From the NCBI RefSeq assembly GCF_009914755.1, contig NC_060930.1: a stretch of DNA of 64,000 nt; one strand, written 5' to 3'. Below, one piece after another: positions 42,426 to 59,700 of this stretch. The notes under the pieces are model-generated. The model worked only from the letters and a program-made list of their open reading frames with translations, was not told the origin of the DNA and searched no databases. This stretch comes from the human T2T-CHM13v2.0 reference genome, Homo sapiens. Position 1 is the stretch's first letter; the number at the start of each line of letters is the position of its first letter. A program made the position numbers and the translations under genes.

Positions 42426-44180
42426 TATACTACAAGACTACAGTAACTGAGACAGCATGGTACTGGTACAAAAGTCATCTGTTGATGGACAGTTAGGTTG
42501 GTTCCATATCTTTGCTATTGTTGAACCAACTTTGCATCCTGGGGATAAAGCCTACTTGATTTTGGTGGACAAGCTTTTTGATGTGCTGCTGGACTTGGTT
42601 TGCCAGTGCTTTTTTGAGGATTTTTGCATCAATGTTTATCAAGGATATTGGCTTAAAGTTTTCTTTTTTGTTGTATCTCTGCCAGATTTTGGTACCAGGA
42701 TAATGCTGGTCTCATAGAATGAGTTAAGGAGGAGTCCCTCCTCATCAATTTTTTGGAATAGTTTTAGTAGGAACGGTATCAGCTCTTCTTTGTACATCTG
42801 GTAGAATTCAGCTGTGAATCTGTCTGGTCCTGGGCTTTTTTTGGTTGGTAGGCTAGTTATTATTGATTTAATTTTGGAGCTCATTATTGGTCTTTTCAGG
42901 GATTCAGGTTCTTTCTGGTTCAGTCTTGGGTGGGTGTATGTATCCAGGAATTTATCTATTTTTCCTAGATTTTCAAATTTGTGTGCATAGAAGTGTTTAC
43001 AATATTCTCTGATGATTATTTGTATTTCTGTGGAGTTAGTGGTAATATCCCCCTTGTTATTTCTAATTGTGTTTATTTGGATCTTCTCTCTTTTCTTCTT
43101 TATTGGTCTAGCTAGTGGTCTATTTTATTTTATTTTTTCAAAAACACAACTCCTGGATTTGTTGATCTTTTGAATGATTTTTTGTGTCTCAATCTCCTTC
43201 AGTTCAGCTCTGATTTTGGTTATTTCTTTCTTCTGCTAGCTTTGGGCTTGATTTGCTCTTGGTTCTCTAGTTCTTTTAGTTGTGATGTTAGGTTGTTAAA
43301 TTGCTATCTTTCTAACTTTTTGATATGGGTGTTCAGTGCTGTAAATTATCCTCTTGACACTGTCTTAGCTGTGTCCCAGAGATCCTGGTGTGTTGTATCT
43401 TTGTTCTCATTAGTTTCAAAGAACTTCTTGATTTCTATGTTAATTTCATTGTTTACCCCAGAGTCATTCAGGAACAGGATATTCAATTTCCATGTAATTG
43501 TATGATTTTGAGCTATTTCCTTAGTCTTGATTTCTTACTTCATTGCACTGTGATCTGACAGAGTGGTTGTTATGATTTCAGTTCTTTTGCATTTGCTGAG
43601 GAGTATCTTATGTCTGATTATGTGGTCAATTTTAGAGTGTGTGCCATGTGACAATGAGAAGAATGTATATTTTGTTGTTTTTGGGTGGAGAGTTCTGTAG
43701 ATGTCTGTCACGTATGTTTGATCCAGTACTGAGTTTAGGTCCTGAATATCTTTGTTAATTTTCTGCCTTGATGATCTGTCTACAGATGCTCCCATTCCAA
43801 ACCCTCTGGGCTCTGTATCGGCTGATATCCTTCCCCATCACTTCTCCAAGCAGGTTTTCCTGCCAACTCAAGTGTCTGTGGTGGTCAAGGGGTCTCCTGC
43901 TGCCAGGATTCCAGAGGCCTGTGGTGAGAGTGGGTTGTTCCTTGCCAGTTCAACTCACCCATTCCCCCAGAGTCACTGGGGGTCAGGAACAAGTACTGGT
44001 GCATAGTAGCCCCCTCCAGGGGTCCCAACTTCCTCCCTCTTCAGCCTGGCTTCTGTGTCTTCCCTCAGTCTGCTCTCAGTGCCTTCCCTCTGAAGATCTG
44101 CTAGGACTGTGTGCCACTTGTCCTAGTCCCTTGGTGACAGCTGTTCCACCTGGCTGTGTCTGGTTGGCCATCTTGCCCAA
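42426..44180 (-). mobile_element. Older rearranged L1P: 5' end at about 44180, internal deletion near 43782, ORF2 to about 42520, scrambled 3' pieces
   Basis: - strand start GGGCAAGATGGCCAAC; ORF2 peptides in ORFs 43535-43795 and 42639-42884. Confidence 0.75.
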
Positions 44181-45140
44181 ATCTCTCAATAATTTTAAAT
44201 GACCTGATTTCAAGTTTGCCAATTCCTTCTCCTGTCAGATCAAGTCTGCTGTTAAACCCCTATAATGAATTGTTCAGTTCAGTTTTTGTATTTTTCTGCT
44301 ATAGGTTTCTGTTTTTTAATATAGTTTATTTATCTTTGTTGACAGTCTTATTTTGTTCATGCATAATTTTCCTGATTTCTTTAGTTGCCTATGTTATCTT
44401 TTTAACATATTGAGATCCTTGTGACAGTTATTTAAAATCCTTGTTAAGCAGCTCATATATCTGCATTCGTTAGGGTTGATTTCTGGAGTTTTATTTTGTC
44501 CCTTTGATTTAGTCATGTTCTGCTGTTTCTTTGTATGCCTTGTAATTTTTTGCTTGGGTTTGAGCATTTGAAAAATACCCTCTATCCCAGTTTTTATATT
44601 CTGACTTTGTACAGGAGAAGACCTTCTTTAATCAGCCCAGCTGGAAGACCTCTCAAACCCTTCTAATCTCTTACTCTCCTTGGAATCTGCCTGCTGAACT
44701 GCATTTCTAATATTCCACTCCACCTTTGTTTCCAGTGGCTTCTGAATTCTGGTGTCAATACTGTCAGCACTCTGAGTCAGGTGGTACAGAAATGAGTCCT
44801 TTGGGCAGCCCTCAGACAAGCCAGAACATTGGACTCATGTTCTACTGTTTATTTCTGTCCCAAGGGAGGAGAACTCATATAGAGGATTCCTTCCAGTTGC
44901 TCTGTGTGATGCTGCATAGAGGAAGGGGAACAAATGTGTGTGACAAATGCCGCAGATTTTCCTACACCTTTCACTGGAATTCCGTCTTTGTCTTACAATA
45001 GCCTTAGTGCTATAGATTCTCAATTGGTCTCCAGCATTATCACAGAGGAATTGTGGTCCACATATTATTGTTAATTTGGTGTCTTTGTTGGGGAAGGAGA
45101 GCCTGTAGCTTCCTAGTCTATCTATGCTGACCTGCACTTC
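44181..45140 (-). mobile_element. Old L1M ORF1/5' region
   Basis: GATCAAGTCTGCTGTTAAACCCC...TTCAGTTCAGTT; TTTGTATGCCTTGTAATTTTTTG. Confidence 0.5.
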
Positions 45141-46697
45141 TACTTTTAAAGTGTAACTTTTTCCTCCAAATCTAAAGCTCTGCAATATGCTTTGTGAATT
45201 TCACCACTCTTACCTTGGATGCACTAATTTTGATTATTTCAGCACATCTATTTAATCACTTTAAGTTGAACAATTCCTACTGATGGTTATTTGCTACCAA
45301 ATCATCCTGTTCTTGGTGGTGTACCTCAAGATTTCTAAAATAGATTAATTCCCAGAGCGTTGTTCTTTAAGATGGACTCAAAGCTTAGTCTATGTCATAA
45401 ACAGGTCTTTATCTGTACATACTATAAGGCTATGAGTTTAAATGGATAATCTTTGCAGATAAAATTAACTTTGTTCTTACCAAATTGCAGGATTCTTAAT
45501 TAAAATACTTTCATTTCATTTTGTTTAATAAAAAACATTTTGACTTTAGCCACAGCTCTTCTACTGTACCATAGGCATTTTCTGTTCAGTTAGCAGAGAA
45601 AAAGAGGTAAGAATAATTTAAGACTTTTTGTAGCATGTATTAATCTATTATTTGCCTTTTGGTCTATGGATAAGTGCATATGATTTTATGTTGGCTTGTA
45701 AGCTCTTCTTTAAAGCTTTATCACAATAAGAATCTAATAGATTAAAAAGAACTTTTCTTCCATCCTTAACTATTTGAAGTGTTACGACTTTACCTCTCCA
45801 TTTCAATTTAAGCAGTCTGACAAATTTTAAATTAACTAGGTACACACCTAGTTACTGTAGCAAAAATGAAAGCTGAGCATCTTTCTTTGCTGAAGGAATG
45901 GATTATTGTCAGAGTCCACTGGGAGTTGTGTGAATGAGCAATTAAACCTGTTGTCTAATTGCTAACAGAAGGAATGGTTAAGTATCAATTATAGAAAAAA
46001 TAAAATCATCCCTTTAGGCACACTTTCCTCAGGACTCAGATGGATAATGCTGAACAACTCTACTTAACAGTTTAAGTCATTTAGTTATTTGGGTGGCTAT
46101 TTTGTTCTGAATGATCTTTGGAAACCCATCAGGATGATGTGTTGCTTAAAAATTAAGCATTTTACAAAATCGCATGATTGTTTTATGATAGGCAAAGACA
46201 TCTGGTGACTCCTGCTACCAAAATCTTCTAGGATGTGGTGTTCTATTCCATGTTTTGTGAAGCACAATTTGGGGGTTGAACAGATGCCAAGGTAAACTTT
46301 AAAATTTTTGCAATAAAACATCGAGTTTGTCAACTATAAATCTAGAAAATAAAGCATATAGTGATCCTTTCAATCAATAACTAGGATACCTGGACTTCTA
46401 CAGGGACTTTAAGTTTTAATTTTTTGACTATTTTCTGGCTGACACAATTGATATCCAAGAGTAACCATCTAATGAGTGTTAAATAATTTCTCCCTTAGAT
46501 AATTCACTATTATTCTAGTAACATGCCAGATCATTAGCAAGCTACTATATTAACTTAGCTTATGACAATATATTTATAGTACTATGAATATTATGCCTAT
46601 AATATTATTACAGCCTTTATTGTGTGTCAGTATAAGAAATGGCCATCTATATAGAGTCTCTTCATTTTCTAGAAAATTGTCCTCCAAGATAACATAA

Positions 46698-47010
<313 letters not shown>

Positions 47011-47332
47011 TTAATTGCTTTTCTTAAATTGAAGTTTGCTCAATACATTTTTATTAGAGTTCAGTACCAGGACGTAGTGCTCTGTTTTTGGTGTGATGGC
47101 TGGAATGTTTTCTTTTATTGAGTAGCAACCTGTTGTATGTTATATTTTGCTTAGACTTCCCAGAAACCCAAAGCTAGTTTTATGTGCAGTCGTTTGTCAT
47201 GTTTTAGACTAGTCTTGTTTGGTCTTTTTTGATTTTTTTCTTCCTGTCCCTTCTTAATTTTTCCATTTTCTTTTCTTTTCTTGGTAAGAGGGCATATTTT
47301 CTTTTTCTGTCAGTATCTTGGCTACTAAAAAA

Positions 47333-47344
47333 TATGTGTGTGTA

Positions 47345-47391
<47 letters not shown>
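47333..47391. repeat. (TG)n(TA)n compound microsatellite
   Basis: Direct reading. Confidence 0.9.
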
Positions 47392-47397
<6 letters not shown>

Positions 47398-47689
47398 CAG
47401 TGAGCTCTCTTTTATGCTATTCTTATGCTATTTGGAAGTGTCATAATAATATTAAGCTGGGTAAATTGTATAGGAAGATTTATGGATGTTTTAGGAGTCT
47501 CAAAGGCTTATTTACAGAAGGTTTTGGCAGATTCCATTGATTATGTACATGTGTCATCTAGGTTTTTAAATTTTGAATAATCATCATCCAATTCAGAAAT
47601 GTTGAGACCCATCTATTTGGAAGGCATATGTTTTAGCTCAGTAAACAAGTCCTGGAGATTTTTAAATCTAGATTTTAAAAAAAATCTTC

Positions 47690-47974
47690 TGTATTAGTCT
47701 ATTTTCACACTGCTATATGGGAAGCAAGGACCTTCTTCACATAGTGGCAGGAGAGAGAAGCACAGAGGAGGAACTTCCAAACACTTATATTAATAAAACC
47801 ATCAGATCTCATGAGAACTCACTCATTATCATAAGAATAGCATGGGGAAAACTGCCCCACATGATCCAATCCCCTCCCTCCCTCTAGATGTTGGGATTAC
47901 AATCCCTCCCTTGATACATGGGAGTTACAATTTGAGATGAGATTTGAGTGGAGACAGAGAGCTAAACCATATCA
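47690..47974 (-). mobile_element. THE1D-like solo LTR with internal deletion
   Basis: TGTATTAGTC...AAACCATATCA termini; TSD TCTTC/TCTTT; only 285 bp. Confidence 0.85.
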
Positions 47975-48400
47975 TCTTTTCTTCTGCTCTCACTGGTATT
48001 TTAATAATTCAGACCTTATCTGCTAGAAATGTTTTTTTCAGATGAAGGGGTTTACTTATATATGCAAGTCCACCCTTCCATTCCTCCTCATGCTTTTCTG
48101 AAGTGGTTCTCACCTTAGGAAAGCTATCTCCTTCTCTCATGAGTCTACTCAAGTCTTACCCATCCTTTGAAACCTAATTAATTCTATCACTTTCTAATGC
48201 CCATTTAGGTCCAACTAGCAGAAATAATGCATTTATCATGTCACTGATCTGGCAATTAAAGCATTCAATATCTTAGGATATTTCTTACTCTTTTTCCCTG
48301 AACTTTTATCTAAATTATATACTCACATTTAATTTTTACAAACTTTTGCCTGGTCTTAACCTAAATAGTTAGCTCTTTGAATGGAGGGACACTATTTTAT

Positions 48401-51996
<3,596 letters not shown>

Positions 51997-52107
51997 AGAA
52001 GGACACTATTTTATACTGCTTTGGATCTCTTCGTATTGCCTGAGTAGGTTCTCCACAAATATTATTTAAAATTTAACAATTTGCTATTACTCTATTGAGA
52101 ATGAGTT

Positions 52108-52416
52108 TCTTTGTTTGTTTGTTTTCTATTTAGATACAGGGTCTCATTCTGTCATCCAAGTTGGAGTGCAGTGGCATGATCACAGCTCACTGTGACCTTG
52201 AATTGTGGACCCAAGCATTCCTCCTGCTTCAGCCTCCTGAGTAGCTAGGACTACAGGCATGCACGAACACACCTGGCTAATTATTCTATTTTTTTTGTAG
52301 AGATGAGGATTTTGCTATGTTGCCCAGGCTGGTCTAGAACTCCTAGCCTCAAACAGTCCTCCTGCCTTGGCCTCCCAAAGTGCTAGGATCACAGGCATGA
52401 GCTACTGCACCTGGCT
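52108..52416 (-). mobile_element. AluJ
   Basis: GATCACAGCTCACTG, GCTATGTTGCCCAGGCTGG, CCTCAAACAGTCCTCC. Confidence 0.9.
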
Positions 52417-53489
52417 GAGTATTGTTGTTGTTGTTTTAAACATTTTATTTGGTCATTTTGGAAACTTAATGTCTACTACATTTATCATTATAGTTTGAAA
52501 ATCTTTACATCTTTTATATAGAAAACATTATCTTTTTAAAATAGGAGGTTTAAAATATTTCAACTTAAGAATATATTAAAGCTAACCCATATTATTAAAA
52601 TGAAAATGATAAAAATATCTATGTGAACATGGCCTGCATTTTACCCAAATGTAATCTAACACTTTTTTTCTTTCTCTGTAGGAGGCGACTAATACTAATG
52701 GAGTTCTAGTTATATGCTAGGCACTGTGGAGGCCTCTTTATTTTATTGATTCCTTATCATACTCTTTTTGGAGGTATGCTAGAAGAGTCTTTGACAATTC
52801 TACCTCTCAGACTATAGGGCTTTCTTTACCATTTGCCTTGTGATATTCCTTGGCTGCTATAAGAACACGGCACTAGAAGGCTCGCTTTTCTATTTTTCTT
52901 AATGTATACTTTAAAGATTTTATCAAGTGGAGGAAACGAAATAATGAGCTATTTTCTGATCTTTGTATCTTCCACTATGGTCATGATAATTTTGACTTGC
53001 TTGTCACCAGTAATATTTTAATTAAAAACTAAGGGAGCCTTCCTCTTATTGCCCCAAATTGGCTGGATCTCATCATTGTCAATCATCTCAGTTTAAAAGA
53101 AGGTGGGCAGACCTGCCTGAGGGGAAGTAGCAACCAAGTCCTATTTGTAGAAACTGTTTGTAAACAAACACTATTTTTGTCTGCCTTCCTAGAACGGGGG
53201 GCAGGGTATTTATGACTCAGTATATAAAACATTTTGAGGGAGGAAACTTCAGCCATTGCTAACTAAAAATTCAATGTATGTATTTTTTGTGCTTATTAAT
53301 GCTATCTTGAATGGAAATGAAAAAAGAACTTTATTGAAAAAATAACCTCATAGATATGTCTCTTAAAGTTCTTAACTTTTCACTCACTGTTTTGTAAAAA
53401 CTAATAATAATTTAGGACTTGACAAAAGCAGAATGAAATCTCCCCAGACTTTAGCCAAAATTTCCCCACGAACAGAGATTCTTAAATAT

Positions 53490-53600
53490 CTCCTTTTCAC
53501 ACATGAGAAACCTGATGTTCAGGAGAGTTAAGTTACTTGCCCAATGTCTAAGGTTAGAAATGGAAGTTGTGTCTGTTTCTCTCTACTAAGGCTTAGCTGC
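53490..53600 (-). mobile_element. MIR SINE
   Basis: TTTTCACACATGAGAAAC.TGA...AGAGTTAAGTTACTTGCCCAA. Confidence 0.6.
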
Positions 53601-54844
53601 CACATCTATTCATTTAAATGCTCACAAACCTTGATGTTCATATAAACTTCAGAATTATTATATACATTTCACTTTCTCTCCGAGTTTCACTTATAATTTA
53701 GCAGGTTGTACTGAAAAGCATAGAAGACTAAACAAGTAAAATGTGTGTTCCTAGGAATCATAGCCAGTGCCTACTTATCTTTTACTTTTTATGACTATTA
53801 TAAGTTCATAGAGATAGAGAATCTAATACACATGTAACTACACCTCTATTAATTATCACAGTGGGATTGAAAGTAGTGAAATAAAGCCTAAAGCTTATTT
53901 TTTTCCTATGAAGAAAGCATGTGCATTGCTTGCTGTGTTCCACATGGCCAAATACACCTGAAAAACAAGTATTTGAAAACAGGAAAACACAGTAATAATT
54001 CCTGACACTGCCATCTACTGTGTGTTGGACCAATTTCTCTATTATTAGGAAAACCAAGGACTTGGCTGGAAACCATCCCATGTGTTGGAAGGGCTTGAAG
54101 AATTGAACATCTCCATTAGTAAGAATCAGTTTCAATGGAAATCAGGGACTGGTTGGACCATAAAGAATTGTTGGCATGAGAAAAATGTTTAAGTAGTTTG
54201 AACATTTGCCTGTTTCATGCAAAATGACCATGTGTGTGGGTTTCTTTATCTTATGGAATTAGAAATGAGTGAAAAGAAAATTATACTATGAATGGAAAAA
54301 ATGTGAAAACAAAAAAGGAAACATTTTCAATATTTGCTGGGTTAAAAGTAAAAAACTCACACATTATGGAATCTAACTTGCTATATGTCGTTGGTGCACA
54401 ATAGCTAGAATTTAGTATTTAAACTAGTCCATGAAAAAAGCAATTTACCAATAATATGAGGAAAAAGTAAACTGAGAGGAGATTTTATGATTTAGGAGAG
54501 GTTATATGTATAGTTGTAAATCATAAGTTATAACAGGAAAGATAGCTATAACATAAATGAGCAAATAAGCAAGACTTGAGTATATGAGAAAAGTAACTGG
54601 ACATATTGCCTATCTTGCAAAATGTGTGAACCAGAATTCTTGGTATAATATTTTAATGAGTACTCTGGATTCTAAAGTATTCTAACCAAATTGTTATTTT
54701 ATAGAATATCAAGGTATATCTTTGGTTAACTTTGTGTTAGAATTCTATGTGGATGTCACCCATTTTCTGGCACCTTTAATGAAATCTTCTAGACTTTCTT
54801 TCTGTAAAATCTCATTACTCTGACTATTCCAATATCTATGTACA

Positions 54845-54862
54845 TATGTATGTATGTATGTA

Positions 54863-54908
<46 letters not shown>
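54845..54908. repeat. (TATG)4...(TATC)11 tetranucleotide STR
   Basis: (TATG)4 at 54845-54860; (TATC)11 at 54863-54906. Confidence 0.95.
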
Positions 54909-55269
54909 ATCTTCTATCTATACATCCATTCATCTATCTTCATCTGCCCTCTATATAATCTATTTATATACATCCACACACCCACACAAATTTTGGGTTA
55001 ATCTATCTTTCAAACTTTCACTGTCTGAGCCTTTAAGCATCAAAACTGTGGCTTGCCCTATTGTTAAATTCACTAGCCCTTACGTTACTTGTCATATTAT
55101 TTATTTCCATTTCTAAAAGCTATTCCTTTGGGAGTTATAAAGGTACTCATCTTGGTTAATTTTTGAGTACTCTGCCTTTCACTAAGGAACTATTCTATGA
55201 AAACCATCATAATCAGTTTTTATTATTGCTATTAAGTTTAAATATTTAACCGATTTTTTTTTTTTTTTT

Positions 55270-55480
55270 GCTCTGCACTATATGATGGATGCTAGATACT
55301 CAACAGACATGGTCACTGCCCTCAGTTCTATGAAAGACAATCAGGAAAGGCTTCCCTAAATTAGCAAGGTGAAGTGATAGCACCTGGTATGGAGGAGAAG
55401 ATGAAAGCATTCTAGGCAGAGGGAAGCAACACAAAATCTCTACTCCAGGAAAGAGTGTGGCATATTCTAGGAATTAAGAA
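55270..55480 (-). mobile_element. L2 fragment
   Basis: CAGACATGGTCACTGCCCTC; CAGGAAAGGCTTCCC; GCATTCTAGGCAGAGGGAA. Confidence 0.6.
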
Positions 55481-56666
55481 ACACAATTTCTTAAAGATCA
55501 AGATTGATCCCTAATGTCACTATGAGAGACTGATTTATGTAAGCCAGATACAAAACTTCATCTCATTATTTCATAATCACACTCTTAAGACATGATTAAA
55601 CATTTTTTCCCATAAACTACTATTATTCTAACCCTCAAATGTCTTCCATTTATTAACAATTTTGACTTTTGGACAGTTAAACCTAAGTAGAATATCAAGG
55701 AATATAGGAATAAAATGTTTGCATTAATATATTTGATAAAGTGATCTAGAAATATTATTTTTTTCTTACACATATGAATATGATACTACAATAAAACATC
55801 CAAATAATGCAAAGGTGGATATAGCACAATTGGTGATTGACTCCTGTACTCTTTTTATCCCAGCCTCTGTTTCTAAAATAGGGAAGAGAGAGCTAAAGCT
55901 TCATCTTCTGGGTGGTGGGTGAGGCAGGATAGAGAAATAGTAGATAGTCCAGTCTCAGGAAGCTAGGATATGGCAGGTGGGTCCTTATGTCCCTTTATTT
56001 TCCTGGCTTAATCTCTCCAACTTCCTTAACTGGGAGTTTCCTGGATTCCCTAATGCTATTCTGGAAGTCCCAGCCAGGTATTAAAGAGAAGGTAGCTCAG
56101 ATCTAGAAATACCATTATCCCTTAGCCACAGCCCAGCTTGGGAGCACCCAGAGATTGCTGAGCTCTTTTAGAGGCACTACCATAAGTTGCCCCAGTAGTT
56201 AGGACACTGTTGCTTCTTACTGTTACTACTTGACTTGGGGCCATTTCTCCTCTCTAATTTCCCTCTGAAGCTGATGGCCTTGTGATATTTCTGACAGTTT
56301 TGAGTGAGATGGAAAATACAGATAGGAGAGGCTCCCAGAGATGAAGTCTTGATCTGGAACTGAGTTATGAACTTAAGCTCACTTGACTTAACTGCATTTA
56401 GCACAAAACATTTAGAACATCTACACAAAATAGAGAATTTAGAGTTAATAAATTAAAGCAATACTAAAAGCCATATTTTTTGTACTACTGAATTTTAAGT
56501 ACTAGTCTATCTGTGAAGTATAATGTCAAATATACTAGAAAAAGAGGACAGTGGATTTGAATTTTATTATATGTACTTTTTTCCTTCTCAAAAAGAAAAC
56601 TGACTTTGAAGTTCCTAATTTTAGTTATATTTGTGGACAGCAAAATGATTTGAAATTCTGCCTCAC

Positions 56667-56839
56667 CTTGTTCACAGTAGATTCCAGTGGTTCCTAGAGG
56701 ACAGAAACAGGTGTATCCATGAGGTAATGAAATGCAGGTTGCTCCTCTGCTACAGTGGTGTGGAGGGTCATGTTCAGGATCACAGGTAGAAACTGTCTCT
56801 GTGCAGAATGATCCTTTCCACCCAGTGGTACAATTGCAG
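56667..56839 (-). CDS. EYS: EYS 173-bp exon, EGF-like domain (CNCTTGWKGSFC...CSRGATCISLPHGYTCFCPLGTTGIYCEQ)
   Basis: cccacag| acceptor, CAAG|gtgagg donor; EGF cysteine spacing; phase-1 end fits the exons at 36190 and 20880. Confidence 0.96.
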
Positions 56840-57554
56840 CTGTGGGTTGAGAGAAAGCCGCATGGTTTGAGCACTTGTTTAGAGATGGATACATACTATG
56901 TATTGCCCTGATGCTAACTTGTCAATTTTAACTGAAGTTCCAAGAGATCAAAATGAATTGTGATTCAAACCCTAAATTGTCAAAGGAAAGAGTTAATAAC
57001 TGGTTATAGGATTACTGGACTCCACACCAAAGACTTTAAACGATTCAGAGTGTAAAAATTGAAAGAGAATTTTTTGAGAATTGTTTCTTCAGACAAAATT
57101 GCATTGTAAGTCTCTCTCCCAACTCCCACACCACCACCTAAAGAAAAAGCTGTGCATGGTGTTGCTGTCTCCTAACTTCAAGCCTAGTGAAAAGAGATTC
57201 AGCAGGACCACTTGGAGAGCTTGGTGTGTTTTTCCCTGGCATTGGCAAACTCACAGGCTCAGCTCCTGGGGTTGCCAAAAGAGCTGCAAACATACTGGAG
57301 ACAAGTCAAACGTGAGTGAATCCCAGGAAAGGGATGTTCATAGTCAGGAACAATAGCTTGAGGACATATAAAAATGAATCTTGACCAAGAGGTGTCCCTC
57401 TAGCTAAAGATACAGTGGCAGTAAGTGGTTTCTGGCTAGAGCAGAAGCTGAGGGGTAATGGGGAATACTCAGCTGAAAGAGACACCTTGTCTGGGTTTAG
57501 AGAGTGATATTGGGAGGAGCCCAGCAGAAAACTTTCTGATAGACCCATCAAAGG

Positions 57555-57637
57555 CAGAGTTGTCAGATAAAATGCAGAGCATCTAGTTAAATTTAAACAT
57601 AAGTTAAATAATAACTTTTCTTAGTAGAAGTATGTCC
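57555..57637. mobile_element. MER53-like hAT MITE arm, interrupted by THE1 and resuming at 58015
   Basis: GTTGTCAGATAAAATGCAG...AGTTAAATTT...TTAGTAGAAGTATGTCC|CATGCAATA. Confidence 0.6.
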
Positions 57638-58014
57638 TGATATGGTTTGGCTGTGTCCCCACCCAAATCTCATCTTGAATTGTAGTTGGCATAATCCCCA
57701 TGTGTTGTGGGAGGGACCAGGTGGAGAAAATTGACTCATGGGGGAGGTTTCCCCCATCCTGTTCTCATGGTAATGAGTTAGTTCTCATGAGATCTGATGG
57801 TTTTATAAGGGGCTTCCTTCTTCAATGGGCGCTCATTCTTCTCCTTCCTGCCACCATGTTAGGAAGGACATGTTTGCTTCCCCTTCCACCATGATGTAAG
57901 TTTTCTGAGGCCTCCCCAGCCATGCTGAACTGTGAGTCAATTAAACCTCTTTCCTTTATAAATTACCCAGTTTCAAGTATGTCTTTATTAGCAGCCTGAG
58001 AACGGACTAATACA
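57638..58014 (+). mobile_element. THE1C/D solo LTR
   Basis: TGATATGGTTTGG...CGGACTAATACA; perfect 5-bp TSD TGTCC. Confidence 0.93.
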
Positions 58015-58076
58015 TGTCCCATGCAATATATGAACTTTAAATAAATAATATTTGAGATTTTATTGTTATATCTTGT

Positions 58077-58108
<32 letters not shown>

Positions 58109-58250
58109 ATAAACTGTTGTTTGTCAGGGCACCGTGTGTTTATTTTGCCCCCTCCGGCCTCCCTCCCTCCCTCACTCCCTGCCTGCCTTTCTCCCTTTCT
58201 CCCTTTCTTCCTTCCCTTTCTCTCCCCACCATCCCCCTTTCTTTCTTCTG
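58077..58250. repeat. (TA)n followed by a CT-rich polypyrimidine tract
   Basis: Direct reading. Confidence 0.85.
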
Positions 58251-58725
58251 AAAACACTACACTAAAGAGTACATGAGAGAAAGGGTTAACTTAAAATTCC
58301 TGTCAGAGCCAGAGAGCAATAAACCACCGTGCCAGTCTAAAAAGCGCATTCTAGAATGGGTATGAGGTATAGGGATCAGAATCTGTTAAGCTGGAGGACA
58401 GCAGCTGATCACACCTTCCCAGACCTTTTATTTATGTCATAGACTTTTATATGCTTGTTACACCTAAATTAATAGTTGTGCAAAAAACGGAAAATTGTAT
58501 AGGGTTCTCTAAAATGGAGACAAACAAAATACAGAATTAATCTGCTACAAAATTGCATATTTTGAAGATTATTTTTGAAGATCACAAAGAGTATAGAATG
58601 TACAAAGACCTCATACACAAAAAAGGAAATCAGTAACTAATTTCACAAAAGAAATAAAACTATAGTAAAAATTCTTATTAAAGAATTTTTAAACATGATG
58701 CTGTCATTACTTTTTAAAGTGACGA

Positions 58726-58744
58726 TTGCGCCATCTAGTGGTTC
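58726..58744 (-). promoter_or_regulatory. Strong CTCF core motif
   Basis: - strand GAACCACTAGATGGCGCAA fits the CCACYAGRKGGCRC consensus. Confidence 0.7.
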
Positions 58745-59700
58745 ATTTTATATCTACTTGAAAAAAGCTTAAAATTATTCTCACTGCCTTATAGACAGAG
58801 CTCACAATGGTAAAATATTTTATTTAATTCACTTACACTTTATTGTATATATTTAAGGTATATAGCATAGTGTTATGGGAATAAAACACTTGCTTGGATA
58901 TTAAAGTAGATAAATCACATTAAGCATAATTTAATATAGATGCCAAAATCTTATTTGAAAAAATAACAAATCGGAGCCTCATATAGTTTGTCTCAGAATT
59001 TTTAGGTCTGAAACAATTAGCTATATGTTTAATATATAATTAGTTATTATATAATTCTAATGAGAATGATTTTGTGCAAGGTCAGATTTTTCTTTTTGTT
59101 CCTTGGTTTCTATAGCACCCTGTGAAATAGAGATAATAAAAAAATTTCAAGCCTTCATTAGTTATTCTCTACTTTGGGTGATATTTTTCTAACCCTTGAT
59201 GTTAATTCATTAATATTTCTTCCCTTAACCACATATACTACTCTGCCCTGAGGAGGAGTAGATTTTGTAGAAGTATGTGTGTGAGGTGAGGTGTCTATAT
59301 AATGGGCAATGTAAAAACAAAACAGAGGTAGGTATCTATTTAAAGAATGTTTATTATTTTTTACAGGCTAGCTGTCTGTGCTTATCTTAGGATTGAGCAT
59401 AGTATTGTGCTTGATACTGAGATTCTACAACACAGGAGGCTCCATTTTTGACCTCATGGACTTCTGTATTTTGGAGAAATCAGATTAGTAAGGAGACAAT
59501 TTTAATAAAATGGGACAAGTTCTAAAATGGGTATTATGGTATCCTGTGGATGGGCATCTAAGTAATTTTAGTGAATTACTTAGGGAAGGCTAAGGGAAGG
59601 CTTAGGAAAGGCCGCCAGAGTGAGATTTGCCCGTATAAATGTATGCACTGAAAGGAGGTGTCAAAGGACTTTGAACAGCAGGCTCAGGCAGTTCAACTTT

